NCBI RefSeq assembly: GCF_964213995.1
Contig: NC_135817.1
Span: 68,510,001-68,574,000, forward strand
DNA: 64,000 nucleotides
Source: Mustelus asterias
Lineage: Eukaryota
Reading direction: 5' to 3'
Shown here: one piece after another, positions 34,981 through 48,127 of the stretch
Layout: every line of letters starts with the position of its first letter
How positions within the stretch are numbered: the first letter of the stretch is position 1
The notes under the pieces: model-generated
Told to the model about the DNA's origin: nothing
Database searches by the model: none
The model's input: only the letters and a program-made list of their open reading frames with translations
Translations under genes and position numbers: made by a program

Positions 34981-36979
34981 TAATCTGGATCAGATGAATT
35001 AAGAATTCAATAAGTCTTGATTCATTCCACCCACTTTCCGTAATGTGTAATTTCCATTTCTACATTTGATTTGCTCATGTCTCTTTTTTATTAGTGTACT
35101 GGATACAACTAGCAATGAAGTCATTTGTGTTTCAAAAGCAGAAATCTTGTCTGGGTTTAATCAATCAGTTCTAGGTTTGATTTAATGGTTTGTTACAGCC
35201 ATTGGTGTTTTTTGAAGTAAACAGCCAGTATGTATAGTTGAACATATACATGGAAGCCATAATAATTTGACAAACCCAACAGCCTACTTAGGCAGAATTG
35301 TCTATGTTGCATTCATTGTCTTTATGCTGTATTTTAATTTTCCAAAACTAAATAATTTGAATGAATGGAATGGAAGTTCACGAGTCAGTGTTTTGATTTA
35401 AAGGCTACAAAATGAGCACTAGCAATGGTTTAATGGGTGACTACCAAATGGGTAGGACAATAAATAAAAATAAATCTCTGGGAAGAGTTATCATAATATC
35501 TGCTAAGTAATTGATCTTATCTTCTGGTTTGAGGAAAGGGAGGAATCTTCCATGTTTAGTATGCTTGGTTGCTATCAACAGTCCATTTTTGGAACATGTA
35601 CACTGTTTGAAAGAAAGCATTTTATTCTGTAAAGGAAAGGCAGGACAGAAAATAATGAGTAAAGATCAACAAAGAGGAAGGAATTAGTGAGAGATGGTCA
35701 GAAATGGTAAGAGTTTCTGCAGATAGTTTAAAAAGGAAGAAGAACTCGAGAATGGGGAATTAATCATGGACAATAAGGAAATGGTGAATGAATTGAAAAG
35801 ATATTTTGCATCTTTCGCTGTTGAGGATACAACAGTGGTAGAAGCAGGAATCCTTAAACTTTTAAGGCAGAGATAGGTACATTTTTCCTCATCAGCGGTA
35901 GATAGAATGTGGAGTTGAGACTACAATCAAATTAGCCACGATCTTATTGAAAGGCTTGAGGGACCAAATGGCCCACTCCTGCTCATATGTATGACAGTTA
36001 ACCTGGAATTGGTTGCGCTGTTCCACTCCTTCACAATGTACCAGAGCTGTAGTGTATACTAACTATAGGAGGCAATAACTCATTTAGGCTTCTTCAGCAA
36101 CACTGCCCAAGCCTGCAACTTGCACCACATAGTGGACAAGGGCAGCAGCTACATGGGAAACCATCTGACATGGACATATGTTGTCAAACCTTCATTATTA
36201 CTTGGTCAAAATTATGGTGCACCCGACCTAGCAGCATTGTGTCATCCATCCTGACTGTCTGCCCCTCTACTGCGGCTATATTCGCGGCCAGGTGTCCACG
36301 GGCGCAGTTGACACCTTCTGTGCCCGGTGGGCACCGCAGGGGCTGGGGTGTATTATCAACCCCCAATAACCACATTTTAATTTGATGTTTTAAGTTTCCT
36401 TTCTCTTTGATTTTTGGTTCGGGCTGTTCCCCCTCCTTTTGGGAAACTGCCCCTTTTAATTTGTCCCTAAGTTAATTTGGTTGGTATAGGAAAGAAGTAC
36501 CTAACAGCATTGTGGAAGCACCTTGACAACACTGGATGCAGCAGTTGAAGACTCACCACCAACTTCTGAAGGGGAAACGGGCTGGAAGCCAGACAGATAA
36601 ATGTCTGCCTTGTCAACAATACCCACTTCCTGAGAATGAATAATAATTAAAAACTTGCTTCCCCTCATATTAACGGTTGCTAAGATTGAGCATTAAGCTT
36701 TGTTAGTTCAGTCAGTAAATGTAGCATTTAATTGAACAAGACAATTCCACATTTAGTAGCACAAGTAATGCTTGAATTATCCCCACTGCTTAGAGTGGAA
36801 AATCTCACAACTCAAAGGTATGTATCAATTCATTTAGGTGAACATCATTTTGTGCACAGCACAAAAGTAGCTTTTATAGTACAGCTTATGTTTTTTCTGA
36901 ATTGAAACAGTTGTATGTGAAGAATCTATGATAGAAAACATATGACTGATTATTGCTTCCAACCAGAATTATTAATTCA

Positions 36980-38216
36980 GGTGAAGAACCTGTCATGGTC
37001 CCTCCACACTGATGCTATAGTTAAGAGAGCCTACCAATGCCTCTACTTTCTTAGGAGGCTAAAGAAATTCAGCATGTTCGCTAGAACTCTCACCAACCTT
37101 TACAGATGCACTGTAGATACAACCAGAAAGGATGCTATCACAGCTTGGTATGGCTCCTGCTCTGTCCAAGACCACAAGAAACTACAAAGTGTCGTGAATG
37201 AAGCCCAGTCCATCACTCGAACCAGCCTCCCATCCATTGACACTGTCTACACTTCCCACAAGAAACTCTATAAAGGATTGTGAACGAAGTCCAGTCCGTC
37301 ACACAAAACAGCGTCCCAACCATTGACACTGTCTACACTTCTGACTGCCACAGAAAAGCAGCCAGTATAATCAAGGACCCCATGCACCCCGGACATTCTC
37401 TCTTCCACCTTCTTCCAGCAGGAAAAAGATACAGAAGTCTGAGGTCATGTACCAACTGACTCAAGAACAGTGTCTTCCCTGCTGCCATCAGACTTTTGAA
37501 TGGACCTACCTTATATTAAGTTGATCTTACTCTACACATGACTAACACTACATTCTGCACTCCCTCCTTTCCTTCTCTGTATAGCATGCAAGAAACAATA
37601 CTTTTCACTGTATACCAATACATGTGACAATAATAAATCAAAGAAAGATTAAAGAGATGCAAAAAAAATCGATCTGATTCATGACAAAAGTCCTAAAATC
37701 TTAGCCATCCTCTTCTGCATTTCCCAATGGAAGAAGGTGGAAGAGAGAATGTCTGGGGTGTGTGGGGTCCTTAATTATGCTGGCTGCTTTTCCAAGGCAG
37801 CAGAAAGTGTAGACAGAGTCAATGGATGGGAGGCTGGTTTGTGTGATGGATTGGGCTACATTTATGACCTTTTGTGGTTTCTTGCGGTCTTGGGCAGAGC
37901 AGGAGCCATACCAAGCAGTGATACAACCAGAAAGAATGCTTTCTATGGTGCATCTGTAAAAGTTGGAGAGTTGTAGCTGACATGCCAAATTTCCTTAGTC
38001 TTCTGAGAGAGATTCTAGTTATACTCTGAAGTGCTTAATCTCCACTACATTTTTCCTGAATTGAAACAGTTGTATGTGAAGAATCTATGGTGCTTAATCT
38101 CGACTACATTCTGCACTCTCTCCTTTCCTTCTCTATGAATGGTATGCTTTGTCTGTATAGCGTGCAAGAAACATTACTTTTCACTGTATACTAATACATG
38201 TGACAAATCAAATCAA
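36980..38216. mobile_element. Cluster of Rex1/Babar fragments (+36980-37640, -37720-38010, +38103-38216)
   Basis: LYFLRRLKKF, NFYRCTIESILSGCITAWYG motifs; about 85-bp internal tandem duplication at 37172-37342. Confidence 0.85.
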
Positions 38217-38759
38217 AATATTGTTTGACACTTTGAAAGCTCGTCTGCAATACATCCTATTGTAACGAGCATTATTTTGGATATAGAGGCAACGATCGTC
38301 CCATTCAAAATAATTAGTGACTGACAGTGCAGGTTGAGAGTTTATTGAACAAAAAGAACTTCAGATGACTTAGTTGCTGGGTAACGTCTAGCGAGCTGGC
38401 ATCAACAACCTCCATGATTCTTGATTGATTCCATTGCTGAAATGCTGCCCAAACCTCAGCCCCATGTATTTCAAAGCCAAAATCAGCACACCATAGTGGT
38501 TCCAACTCACGAGCAACAGTAAACTGCAGGATAAATCATTTGAATGCAACTTTTTTAAAAACTCAATAAGGAGGGGTTTTCTTAAGCCGCTTGAAAAATG
38601 GAGCAGTGTAAATACTTCTGTTCAATTAAGCTCCATCCTAGACTTCACTATTGGGCCGTTTACATTGAAAATTCCAAATATGACATTTGTCACTTTTAAC
38701 GTTTTGGTCACAAAATTCATTTTGATTTAATGCAAGTAACTTTTTATCACATATTTGGT

Positions 38760-38960
38760 CTCTGCAGTGTGATCGCTTTCCCGAACACATCCACTCCTTT
38801 CACAAGTGCAATTCCTTTATGCTGTATGGCGATTCAATGGGACTCCATCCCACTCTGACTATTCATGGTCTCCAATGAAACTTAACACATCCTTGAAGAA
38901 CAGTACCTATCTTCCTACTTTGCACTCTGGCCTCAATTTGACTTTTAACAACTTTGAACT
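38760..38960 (+). mobile_element. Decayed Penelope GIY-YIG endonuclease remnant
   Basis: DRFPEH...LEEQYL...GLN..FNNF-like remnants. Confidence 0.45.
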
Positions 38961-39447
38961 TTAAATACAATTGCTAACACTTAGTGCTAGAGAGAATATA
39001 GTAAAGTTGGATGGGCAAACACACAGGTGCATTTGGGGACAGGGAACGTGAGAGGAGACCACTAGGCTGGTGGGGTCATCTGCACACTTGATGTTGACTT
39101 ACCTTTTCCTTCCACCAGACTGTTCCACTTCAACAGTTTTTCCACAATTCTCCTTTGACTTACCTGTCAATATCTTGGGGGCTAACATTGACCAGAAACT
39201 GAACTACACTAGCCATATAAATACTGTGGCTACAAGAGCAGGTCAGTGGCTAGGAATCCTGCAGTATCTCGCCTCCTGACCCTGCAAAGTCTGTCCATCA
39301 TCTACAAGGCACAAGTCAGGAGTATGATAGAATATTCTCCCCTTAGTTTGGTGAGTACAGTTTCAACACTGAAGAAGCTTGACACCATCCAGGACAAAGC
39401 AGATGCTTGATTGGCACCCCTTCCACAAACGTTCACTCTTTCCACCA

Positions 39448-41038
39448 TATGATGTACTGTGCTATTTTGATATATTTCATGTTTAATGTGGGGCTGCTTT
39501 AAGAGGCAGTGTTTTATTACAAGAATCAATTTGGGAAAACCTGCAACTCAAACGCTGAGAGATTCTAGCTAGGAATGTGTTACTATGTAGAGTTAGTAGA
39601 ATTATAGACTCATCACAGTATAGAAGGCCATTCAGCCCATCGAGTCTGCACCGACTCTCTGACAGAGCATTTTACTCAGGCCCACCCCCTGCCCTATCCC
39701 CACAACCCCATACATTTGTCATGCCAATCCCCCAAAACCTACACATCCTTAGACACTAAGGGTCAATTTAGTACGGCCAATCCATCTAACTTGTACATCT
39801 TTGGACTGTGGGAGAAAACTGGAGCACCTGGAGGAAACCCACGCAGACATGGGAAGAACATGCAAACTCCGCACAGTCACCCAAAGCTGGAATCAAACCC
39901 AGGTCCCTGGCACTGTGAGGCAGCAGTGCTAACCACTGTGCCAACCTTTTAAATTCTTCTAATACTTTAGACTAGATATGCAGAGTCATGTGATTTTGAT
40001 TAGGTTGATTGATATTTACATAGTCATGTGGTTAATGGGAGATGGTAAGCTTGCAGGAAAAACAGCCTGAAGCTTGTTGAATAAATAAGTGTCTCTCCAT
40101 CTCTCTCCAGAGGCTTTCTGAAAGTTCCAAGTCTGTTAACCTAAGTCACAAGCAAGTATGTCTGTGTTCTGCTAACTAATTTTAAAGAGAAGTCTAAGTC
40201 TATAAGAGAAATATTGCTTGATTGGAACATATAGTGATAGGTTCGCAGCTACATAGAAAATAGGTGCAGGAGTAGGCCATTTGGCCCTTTGAGCCTGCCC
40301 TACCATTCAATATGATCATGGCTGATCATGCACTTTCAGTATTCCACTCCCGCTTTCTCTCCATACCCCTTGATCCCTTTAGCCGCAAAGGCCATGTCCA
40401 GCACCCTCTTGAACATATCTAACAAACTGGCCTCGACAGTTTTCTGTAGTAGAGAATTCCATAGGTTCACTACTCTGAGTGAAAAGGTTCTTCCTCATCT
40501 CAGTCCTGGCTTACCCCTTATTCTTATTGTGACCCCTAGTTCTGGACTTCCCCCAACTTCCTCAAAAAATTCTAGAAGATTTGTCAAGTATGATTTCCCT
40601 TTAGTGAATCCATGCTGACATGGACCTGTCACTGCTTTCCAAATGCTCAGTTATAACATCCTTAATAGTTGACTCCAGCATTTTCCCCACCACTGATGTC
40701 AGGTTAACCAGTTTATAATTCCCTGTTTTCACTCTCTCTGCTTTTTAAAAAAGTGTGGTTACATTAGCTACCCTCCAATCCAGAATGGGGTTACATTAGC
40801 TACCCTCTTCCAGAGTCTAGAGAATACAGTTATCTTATGTTTAAGTATTATTCAATTGTTAAAAGTTAAGCTAATTCATTTGTTATAGTTAAACTGTGTT
40901 GTTAAATAAAGCTTCCTAGTTTGTCAGTAGAATTGCACCTGGCATGAAACATCTTATCCTCATATTAATGCCAAAACGTGTTGGGGTCTGGTCTGACTTC
41001 ACAATATACTTTGGGGTTTCTGATCTGGTACTCTAACA
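39448..41038 (+). mobile_element. Probable solo LTR containing a V-SINE (39610-39945) and a CR1 (about 40250-40830), inserted in an older LINE (39150-41410)
   Basis: 4-bp TSD ACCA at 39444-39447/41039-41042; ends in TAACA; AATAAA at about 40905; host LINE sequence resumes across it. Confidence 0.6.
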
Positions 41039-42069
41039 ACCACTAACACACAATAGCAGCAATGTATATCATCTACAAGATGTACAGCAGGAACTCAACA
41101 AGAGTCCTTTGACACACCTTCCAAACATACGATCGCTACCATCTACAACAGGGCAGTAGATACCTGGGAACACCATCACTTAGAAGTTCCCCTCCAAGCT
41201 ACTCGCCACCCGAAATTGGAAGTATATCGCTATTCCTTCACTGTCACTGGGTCAAAATCCTGGAACTCCCTCCCTACAGCATTATGGGTGTACCTACACC
41301 ACATGCACTGCTGCAGTTCAAGCCAGCAGCTCACCTCGACCTTCTCCAGAGCAATTAGAGATGGACAATAAATGCAGGCCGAGCTAGCAACAGCCACAAC
41401 CCATGAAAGTATTTTTAAAAACTGCCTACTTGGGCATTTCTTAAGTACTCAGGGAAAGGCCTTTCTACTTTGTTCAGCCATTCAGTAAGATCATAGCTGA
41501 CCACATACCCAACTTTACCTTCCTGAACTATATCCCTTTATTCCCTTAGCATCCAAAAAAAATCAATCGATCTCTGTCTTGAATATACTCAACAACAGCA
41601 CTCTGGAATAGAGAATTCCAAAGATCCACAAACGTTTGAGTGAGTGGTTCTATTCCAAGTGTAGGTTCTATTCCAAGTGCAGGTCAGTGGGACTAGGCAT
41701 AAAATGGTTCGGCACAGACAAGAAGGGCCAAAAGGCCTGTTTCTGAGCTGTAATTTTCTATGGTTCTATGAAGAACTTGCTCCTTATCTCAGATGAAGTG
41801 TTATGTCTTTTATTTCTCTCATTAGTTCTGCACTTTAACTAAATTCCAGTTTCCATTGCATAAAGTAACCGGTAATCCACCGTATTTTCCTGTATATGGG
41901 GGTCAGAGTGTGTGTTTTTTCCTCTCATTCCTTCTTAAATGTCGTTTATTTGTATTACATTTCATTCCAAGGAATAATTTTCTTCCCGAAATGTCAGCTA
42001 ATTTATATTTTCCTCATTCAATGCTGCTTGAATTGCTAAATGTCTCTAGTGTTTTCTGTTCATACATGA

Positions 42070-42505
42070 ATTAGGAACAGAAGTAGACTACTTGGCCTCC
42101 TTGAACCTGCTCTGTTATTTGATAAGATCTTGGCTGATCTGATTGTGGCCTCAACTCCACTTTCCTGCGTATCTCCTATATCTGTTCACTCCTTTGATAG
42201 TCAAGAATCTAACTAATTGTGCCTTTAAAATATTCAATGACCCTGTCTCCACTGCTCCCTGGGGAAGTAAATTCCACTGGTTTATGATTTTCTAAAGAAA
42301 AAACTCTCATCTCCATTTTAAATGGGAGACCCCTTATTTTTAAATAATGTTCCCTAGCTCTAGACTGTCCCACAAGGGGAAACATCCTTTCAGCATCCAC
42401 ACTGTCATGTCCCCTCAGCATCCTTTTTGTTTCAATAAGATCACCTCTCATTCTTCTTAGTGGATACGGATCCAACCTTTCCTTATAAGATAACCCCTTC
42501 ATCCA
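42070..42505 (-). mobile_element. CR1 3' fragment
   Basis: RRMRGDLIET...MFPLVGQSR motif. Confidence 0.85.
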
Positions 42506-43695
42506 AGAAATGTGTTTCAGATTTCAAACACTTGCAGTATTTCACACTATATAACTTCAAAATTTCAGATTGGTTAGAAGAACACAACATAATTATAGTT
42601 ATACAGAATAGATTTTTTTTAATCAAATACAAAACCATAAAGAGCGGTGTTGCTATTATTATAGGCCTGACAAACAGGAAGCCTCAGGTCTATGCTAAGC
42701 TAATGGATACTAGCCAGCACAGTAATAAAGGTGTCCAACATGAAGAAATCACCAACTTGCTGTTCAGGATTCCTGTGCAGTGAGCAGTGCTAGAACATTT
42801 GCATATGTGTCAGGCAGGGACAAGTATACGAGGCCAAGATCAGACTAGAATGCAACATCTCCCCTAATTAAATAGTTCTGAACCAGTAGGTTCATACTTG
42901 TAGAGTGGCCCTGTTCTCAAAGTGTGACAAAGTTACTGGCACCCCTTGGACCATATGTGTTTTTTGGGACAGAAAAGTAGGGTTGAGGGAGAAATCCACA
43001 TTCAGCAAGGGCATCTGATAACACATCATGTCTGTACACTTGAACTGTGCACAAAGTGCTCGGAGGTGGGTTCAAGCCCAAGTCCACATACAGGAAGTGA
43101 TCTATTCCACTTCTAAAACAAAACTTTATAGGTGGAAAAATAAAAGCAGCTACAGATGAGCTCAAAGGAGCATGAATTTAGAAGCAGGTTAGCTGCCTAA
43201 TATCTTGGTATGGGAATGATATGTGGTCATGTAGAAATAGCATTTCTTTCCTCTTTTATAGGAACCTTTGCTTTTCATGTTTAGGGCTGATAGGCTATAG
43301 CACGGTTATTTTAAAAGAGAGAACACAGAACCAGGAAGAGCTCTTGCAGATGAGTGAATTCCCATCAAGTGCGAATCAGGAAAAAAACAATTGTCAGTCA
43401 AATGAATAACATCTCCCAAGTTGAACTTAAAGGCAAGCTTGTGGCGGCAGACTTGCCAAAGAGCCGAGATGTGAAGTTTTAGGATACTGAAATCCCACGC
43501 ATTAGAGCATCAGTACACTCCATATTGAGTCATTTATCATGACTCTTGCAAATCTCTGGTCAAGCAGTTCCTTGTCTATTCACATTGTGGACTAAACATT
43601 CAATCAAATCTCAATACTCCTCAGCTGATGGATGAGTAGAAGTTGCATCCCGTTTCAAGTATTTGCCATGAGGTGCTTGAAAACAGCCAGTACAT

Positions 43696-43861
43696 TTAGA
43701 TGCCGTGATAGAGGAGGTCATACTTTGGGATATTCCTCGGATCAATGGGGCTGTGTACAATTAGCTTTCCACGCATTGCTCCACGGAAGATTACTTCAAT
43801 TAAATCTATGAAGTCTTGTTTTGTTTTGAAACATCCAACAAACTTTGTATGATCTGGAGAC
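43696..43861 (-). CDS. TXNL4B: TXNL4B coding exon 3
   Basis: [54 protein letters not shown]. 132+152+166=450 nt, giving a 149 aa DIM1-family protein. Confidence 0.95.
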
Positions 43862-45133
43862 CTAAAAAGAAAGAGAACATAAGCACTTAATTTTGCAAGT
43901 GCTCACAATTTTACTTTCCAGAAATCCAATGGAGTTGAGCAACTTAGGTTTATATATAGTGTCTTTATCTTAGAAAATGTCCCCTATCACTTCACGGTGG
44001 GATAATTGGGTAAAAATTGACAAAGAAAGAGATATTAAAAGAGGCGATTAAAAAATTCATCAAAGAACTGGGTTTTAACAAGGAGAGGCAGGTGTAAAGA
44101 TGGAGTGGTTTAGGGAGAGAATTCCTAGATAACTGAAGGCGCAGCTGAAAATGATGAGGTGAATATATTAAGGCTACAAACTTGGGGGTAGAGGGGTTAC
44201 AGAGATGAGCTTTGCAATGACTGGATTAAAACACAAGGATAAGAAATTTAAATCTGAGACATTAGTGTGAATGATGGGGAGGAGAGTTTTGGACCAGCTA
44301 ATGTTTGAGGAAAATGGAGAGCAAAGGATACAAAGCTATCCTACAGAGAATTGGAACAATTAAGTTTGAGCTGGATGAGGGTATCAGCAGTAGATGGGGC
44401 AAGGAAGGCAAACAATGCTACAAGCGTGCAAGGTACAAACAATCTTAGTGATGAAACATGAGGTAAGTTGGTAATGTTTATTGAGAAATAAATATTGTCC
44501 AGGGCACTGGGGTTAACTCCCCCAGCTCTTCTTTAAAATAATGTAATGCGTTCATTTGCATTCCACCCAAGCAGGCAGATAGGGCCCTGGTTTCACATTT
44601 AAAGCGAAAGACAGCACCTCTGACAGTGCAGCACTCCTTCAGTGCAGGTGGGGAGAGAGAGAGAGGAGGGGGAGAGATAGAGGTGGCAGGGGGGAGAGAA
44701 AGAGAGAAAGCGAGAGGGGTTTTCCTGGGGACTAGGACATCAAAGGTGGAAGTTAAGGAGAGGTGAAAGACATCAAACACTGCAGTAGTTTGCCGATTTG
44801 AAGTGTAATTTAACAGCTAATCAGTAAAACATGAGCTTCAGCACAATTATGGACTGGAGAGTAGCTAACAACGAAAAAAAAATTTTAAGCTACATTTTCA
44901 GTTGAAAGATTTGTGCTATTGTTTGGCTAATTTCAACTGATAGCCTTGCATCTATCTGTTAGGGCAAGCAAAGATGCAAATAACTCCTTAATATTTTGCT
45001 TCTGCCATTCCATACTAAACAAGATATTTAACACAAGGAATAACAAAAGCATCAGTGTTTATTGGAATCCCACGCACATACCAGATGCAACTGTATCGCA
45101 TATCCACATTAAAACTGAAGCAATATATCTTAC

Positions 45134-45285
45134 CCATAATCCACTTTCATATGTTGACCATTAAAGAAAAAAACTGTAGAAGGAATGTAGCTGATGTCAA
45201 AGTAGCGAGTATATATGGGCACACTGTCCACATCCACAAGGTAGATAGCTGCCATTTTACTCAGGTCATGAGCAGTTTTTGAAAG
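45134..45285 (-). CDS. TXNL4B: TXNL4B coding exon 2
   Basis: LSKTAHDLSKMAAIYLVDVDSVPIYTRYFDISYIPSTVFFFNGQHMKVDYG; cactag| acceptor, GG|gtaaga donor; 152 nt. Confidence 0.95.
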
Positions 45286-46369
45286 CTAGTGAAACAAAGA
45301 CAAAAAAAACAACTTGCCATTGAGACATTACTTGATGTTGATTGTTTTAGTTCAGAGAGAAAACTATTGTGAACAAATTTACAAAGATTTAAACATCAGG
45401 AGAATACAACAGGTTGGGGCAAATAATCAGTAGAAAAGCTCAAAACATACCTGACTAGAAAAATATATTGGTTAACTGTAACAACAAATTTATACATGGA
45501 TGTTTAATCATGGTGCAAAGTTTAATTTGCAACACAAACTAATCCAAATTTGTGATATTCACGTTTGTACATTTTCTTGTCAGCTCTCAGCCAAATTGCT
45601 AACTTTCAACTTTTGAGCTAAGGTGACCTGCCAACTAAGCAAAAATAGGCGTAGCTCCCACCTTGCGTTTTATTTCAACTATTCCTTGTGGTATTAGCAA
45701 AGGTCAAGAAGGTATCAAGAGTCAGGGATGCAAAGGACTGAAGTATAAAGTAGCTTCAAATGTCATCAAAACTTTTCATCAAAAATTGCTTCAGAGAATT
45801 GCCCCGAAAAGGCAATACACTGTTTTTTGAGAGCAAGCAATTCACAAACCTCTTCACTTATTGATTGTACCTTCAGGGAATAATTTCACTTCTAACCAAA
45901 TGATTTACAAAGTATGATTTATAAATATGGATAAAATTTGTAGATTTTATATATGAGATTATTGTACCTTAAATATAATTTGCCCAACGGAACCCCAGGA
46001 CAGATTTAGTTAGGAGTTTAGGAATTACAAGAGCAAATCTTGAAGAGGTCAGTCCCCCAACAATCACTAAATAATTTACATGATGTATATTGCTGTTCTA
46101 TTGACATTAGTTTTATTTCTTTTTCAGTAAGTGTTTGGTGGATATCTCAGCTGACATTGATACATGATGACATGAACATTAATGTCTCTATCCCATAAAT
46201 TTCCTCCTCCCCTAAAAAGATGTTGATCACAATTTAATCAGCACCCTTTGCCCAAGTGGGTGTTCATATTAATCTTTACAAAAGATTTAAAAACCTAAAC
46301 CAGGTATGTGAACCTGGAGTCTTGTCTGCAGTTTTAGTCTAGAACAATGGTTCATAGTCTCAGGATATA

Positions 46370-46829
46370 GAGTCATAGAGGTTTACAGCATGGAAACAGT
46401 CCCTTCGGCCCAATTTGTCCATGCCGCCCTTATTTTTTTTTTTAAAACCCTAAACTAATCCCAATTGCCCGCATTTGGCCCATATCCCTCTATACCCATC
46501 GTACCCATGTAACTATCTAAATGCTTTTTAAAAGATAAAATTGTACCCGCCTCTACTATTACCTCTGGCAGCTTGTTCCAGACACTCACCACCCTCTGTG
46601 TGAAAACAATTGTCCCTCTGAACCCTTTTGTATCTCTCCCCTCTCACCTTAAACCTATGCCCTCTAGTTTTAGGCTCCCCTACCTTTGGGAAAAGATATT
46701 GACTATCTACCTTGTCTATGCCCCTCATTATTTTATAGACCTCTATAAGGTCACCCCTCAGCCTCCTACGCTCCAGAGAAAAAAGTCCCAGTCTATTCAG
46801 CCTCTCCTTATAACTCAATCCATCAAGTC
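46370..46829 (-). mobile_element. CR1 3' fragment inserted antisense in an older CR1 (46340-47068)
   Basis: GLFSLERRRLRGDLIEVYK ORF; host catagtctcaggata...ggggtaggcca continuity. Confidence 0.85.
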
Positions 46830-47647
46830 CCTACGGGGTAGGCCAGTTAGGACTGAGATGAGGAGGATGGTGAACCTGTTCCCTATCACAGAAGGCTGTG
46901 CAAGTCAAGTTGCTGAATATATTTCAGGAAGAAATAGATTTCTAGACTTCAATGGTGCTGGTATGGGGAGAGCATGGGAGTATGGCGTTGAGATAAAGGA
47001 TCAGCCATAATTAAGTTGAATGGTGGAGCAGGCCCAAAGGTCCGAATGATCTACTCCTACTCCTATTATTTGCTTCAAATTAAACATGCAAGTCAAGTAA
47101 AGAAAACACTTTTATATGAACTTTTACAGCAAATTCTTGCTCGATATTTGTATTATAATTTGCATTTATAGAGCACTATTATGTAGTAAAATGCTCCAAT
47201 GCTGAGCATTGTCAAATTTGACATCAAGTGACATAGGAGATATTTGGGCAGCTGGCCCAAGCCTTGGTCAAAGAGGTAGGTTTTAAGGAGTATCTTAAAA
47301 GAGGACAGAGACGTGGAGAGGCAGAGAGGTTAAAGGGTGGGAATCCTAGAGCATAGGATCTCGGCAACTGAAGACACAGATGCCAATGGTGAAGGGATTA
47401 AAATCGGAATGCATAAAAGGCCAGAAGTGGAGGAGCACTGGGCCTAATGAATTGTAGGACTGGAAGAGGTTACAGGGATCGGAAGGAGCAAAGTCGAGGA
47501 AGGATTTGAAAATAAAAGTAACACTTTAAAATTGAGGTCAGGAAGCACCAGGGCAATGGGTGAACAGGACTGTGTGCAAGTTAGGATATGGGTGGCAGAC
47601 TTCAAACATCTAATTACACCAAAGCACCGCAAAGCTTCACAAATAAC

Positions 47648-47748
47648 AGCTCTAACAAAGGATCATCCAGACTCGAAATGTTGGCTCTATTCTCTCGCCA
47701 CAGATGCTGTCAGACCTGCTGAGATTTTCCAGCATTTTCTGTTTTTGT
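47648..47748 (+). mobile_element. About 100-bp Penelope family-B mini-element beginning at a degenerate hammerhead
   Basis: 12-bp TSD TTCACAAATAAC at 47636-47647/47749-47760. Confidence 0.7.
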
Positions 47749-48127
47749 TTCACAAATAACCAAGTCTGATATACAATGTCTGTTGTATATCTGCTTCCAG
47801 CAGTACCATACAAAATAACCACAAGGTAGTGTTATGGTGCATTCTGCGTGTTGAGGAATGGTGTCATTTTTCATTAATAGTGGATAGTGGATAGATATCT
47901 ACTGCACTCTCCCAGCCAGAACGTCACCGACTAGGTTTATACATTCAGAGTACTCAATTTGAGGGCCAGGTGCAAACATACAATTTTATGATTAAAAAGT
48001 TCAAAGTTAATCATAGAATCCCTACAGTGCAGAAGGAGACCACTCGGCCCATTCAACCTGCACCGACAACAATCTCACCCAGGCCCTATCCCTGTAACCC
48101 CATGTGTTTACCCTGTGAATCCCCTGA

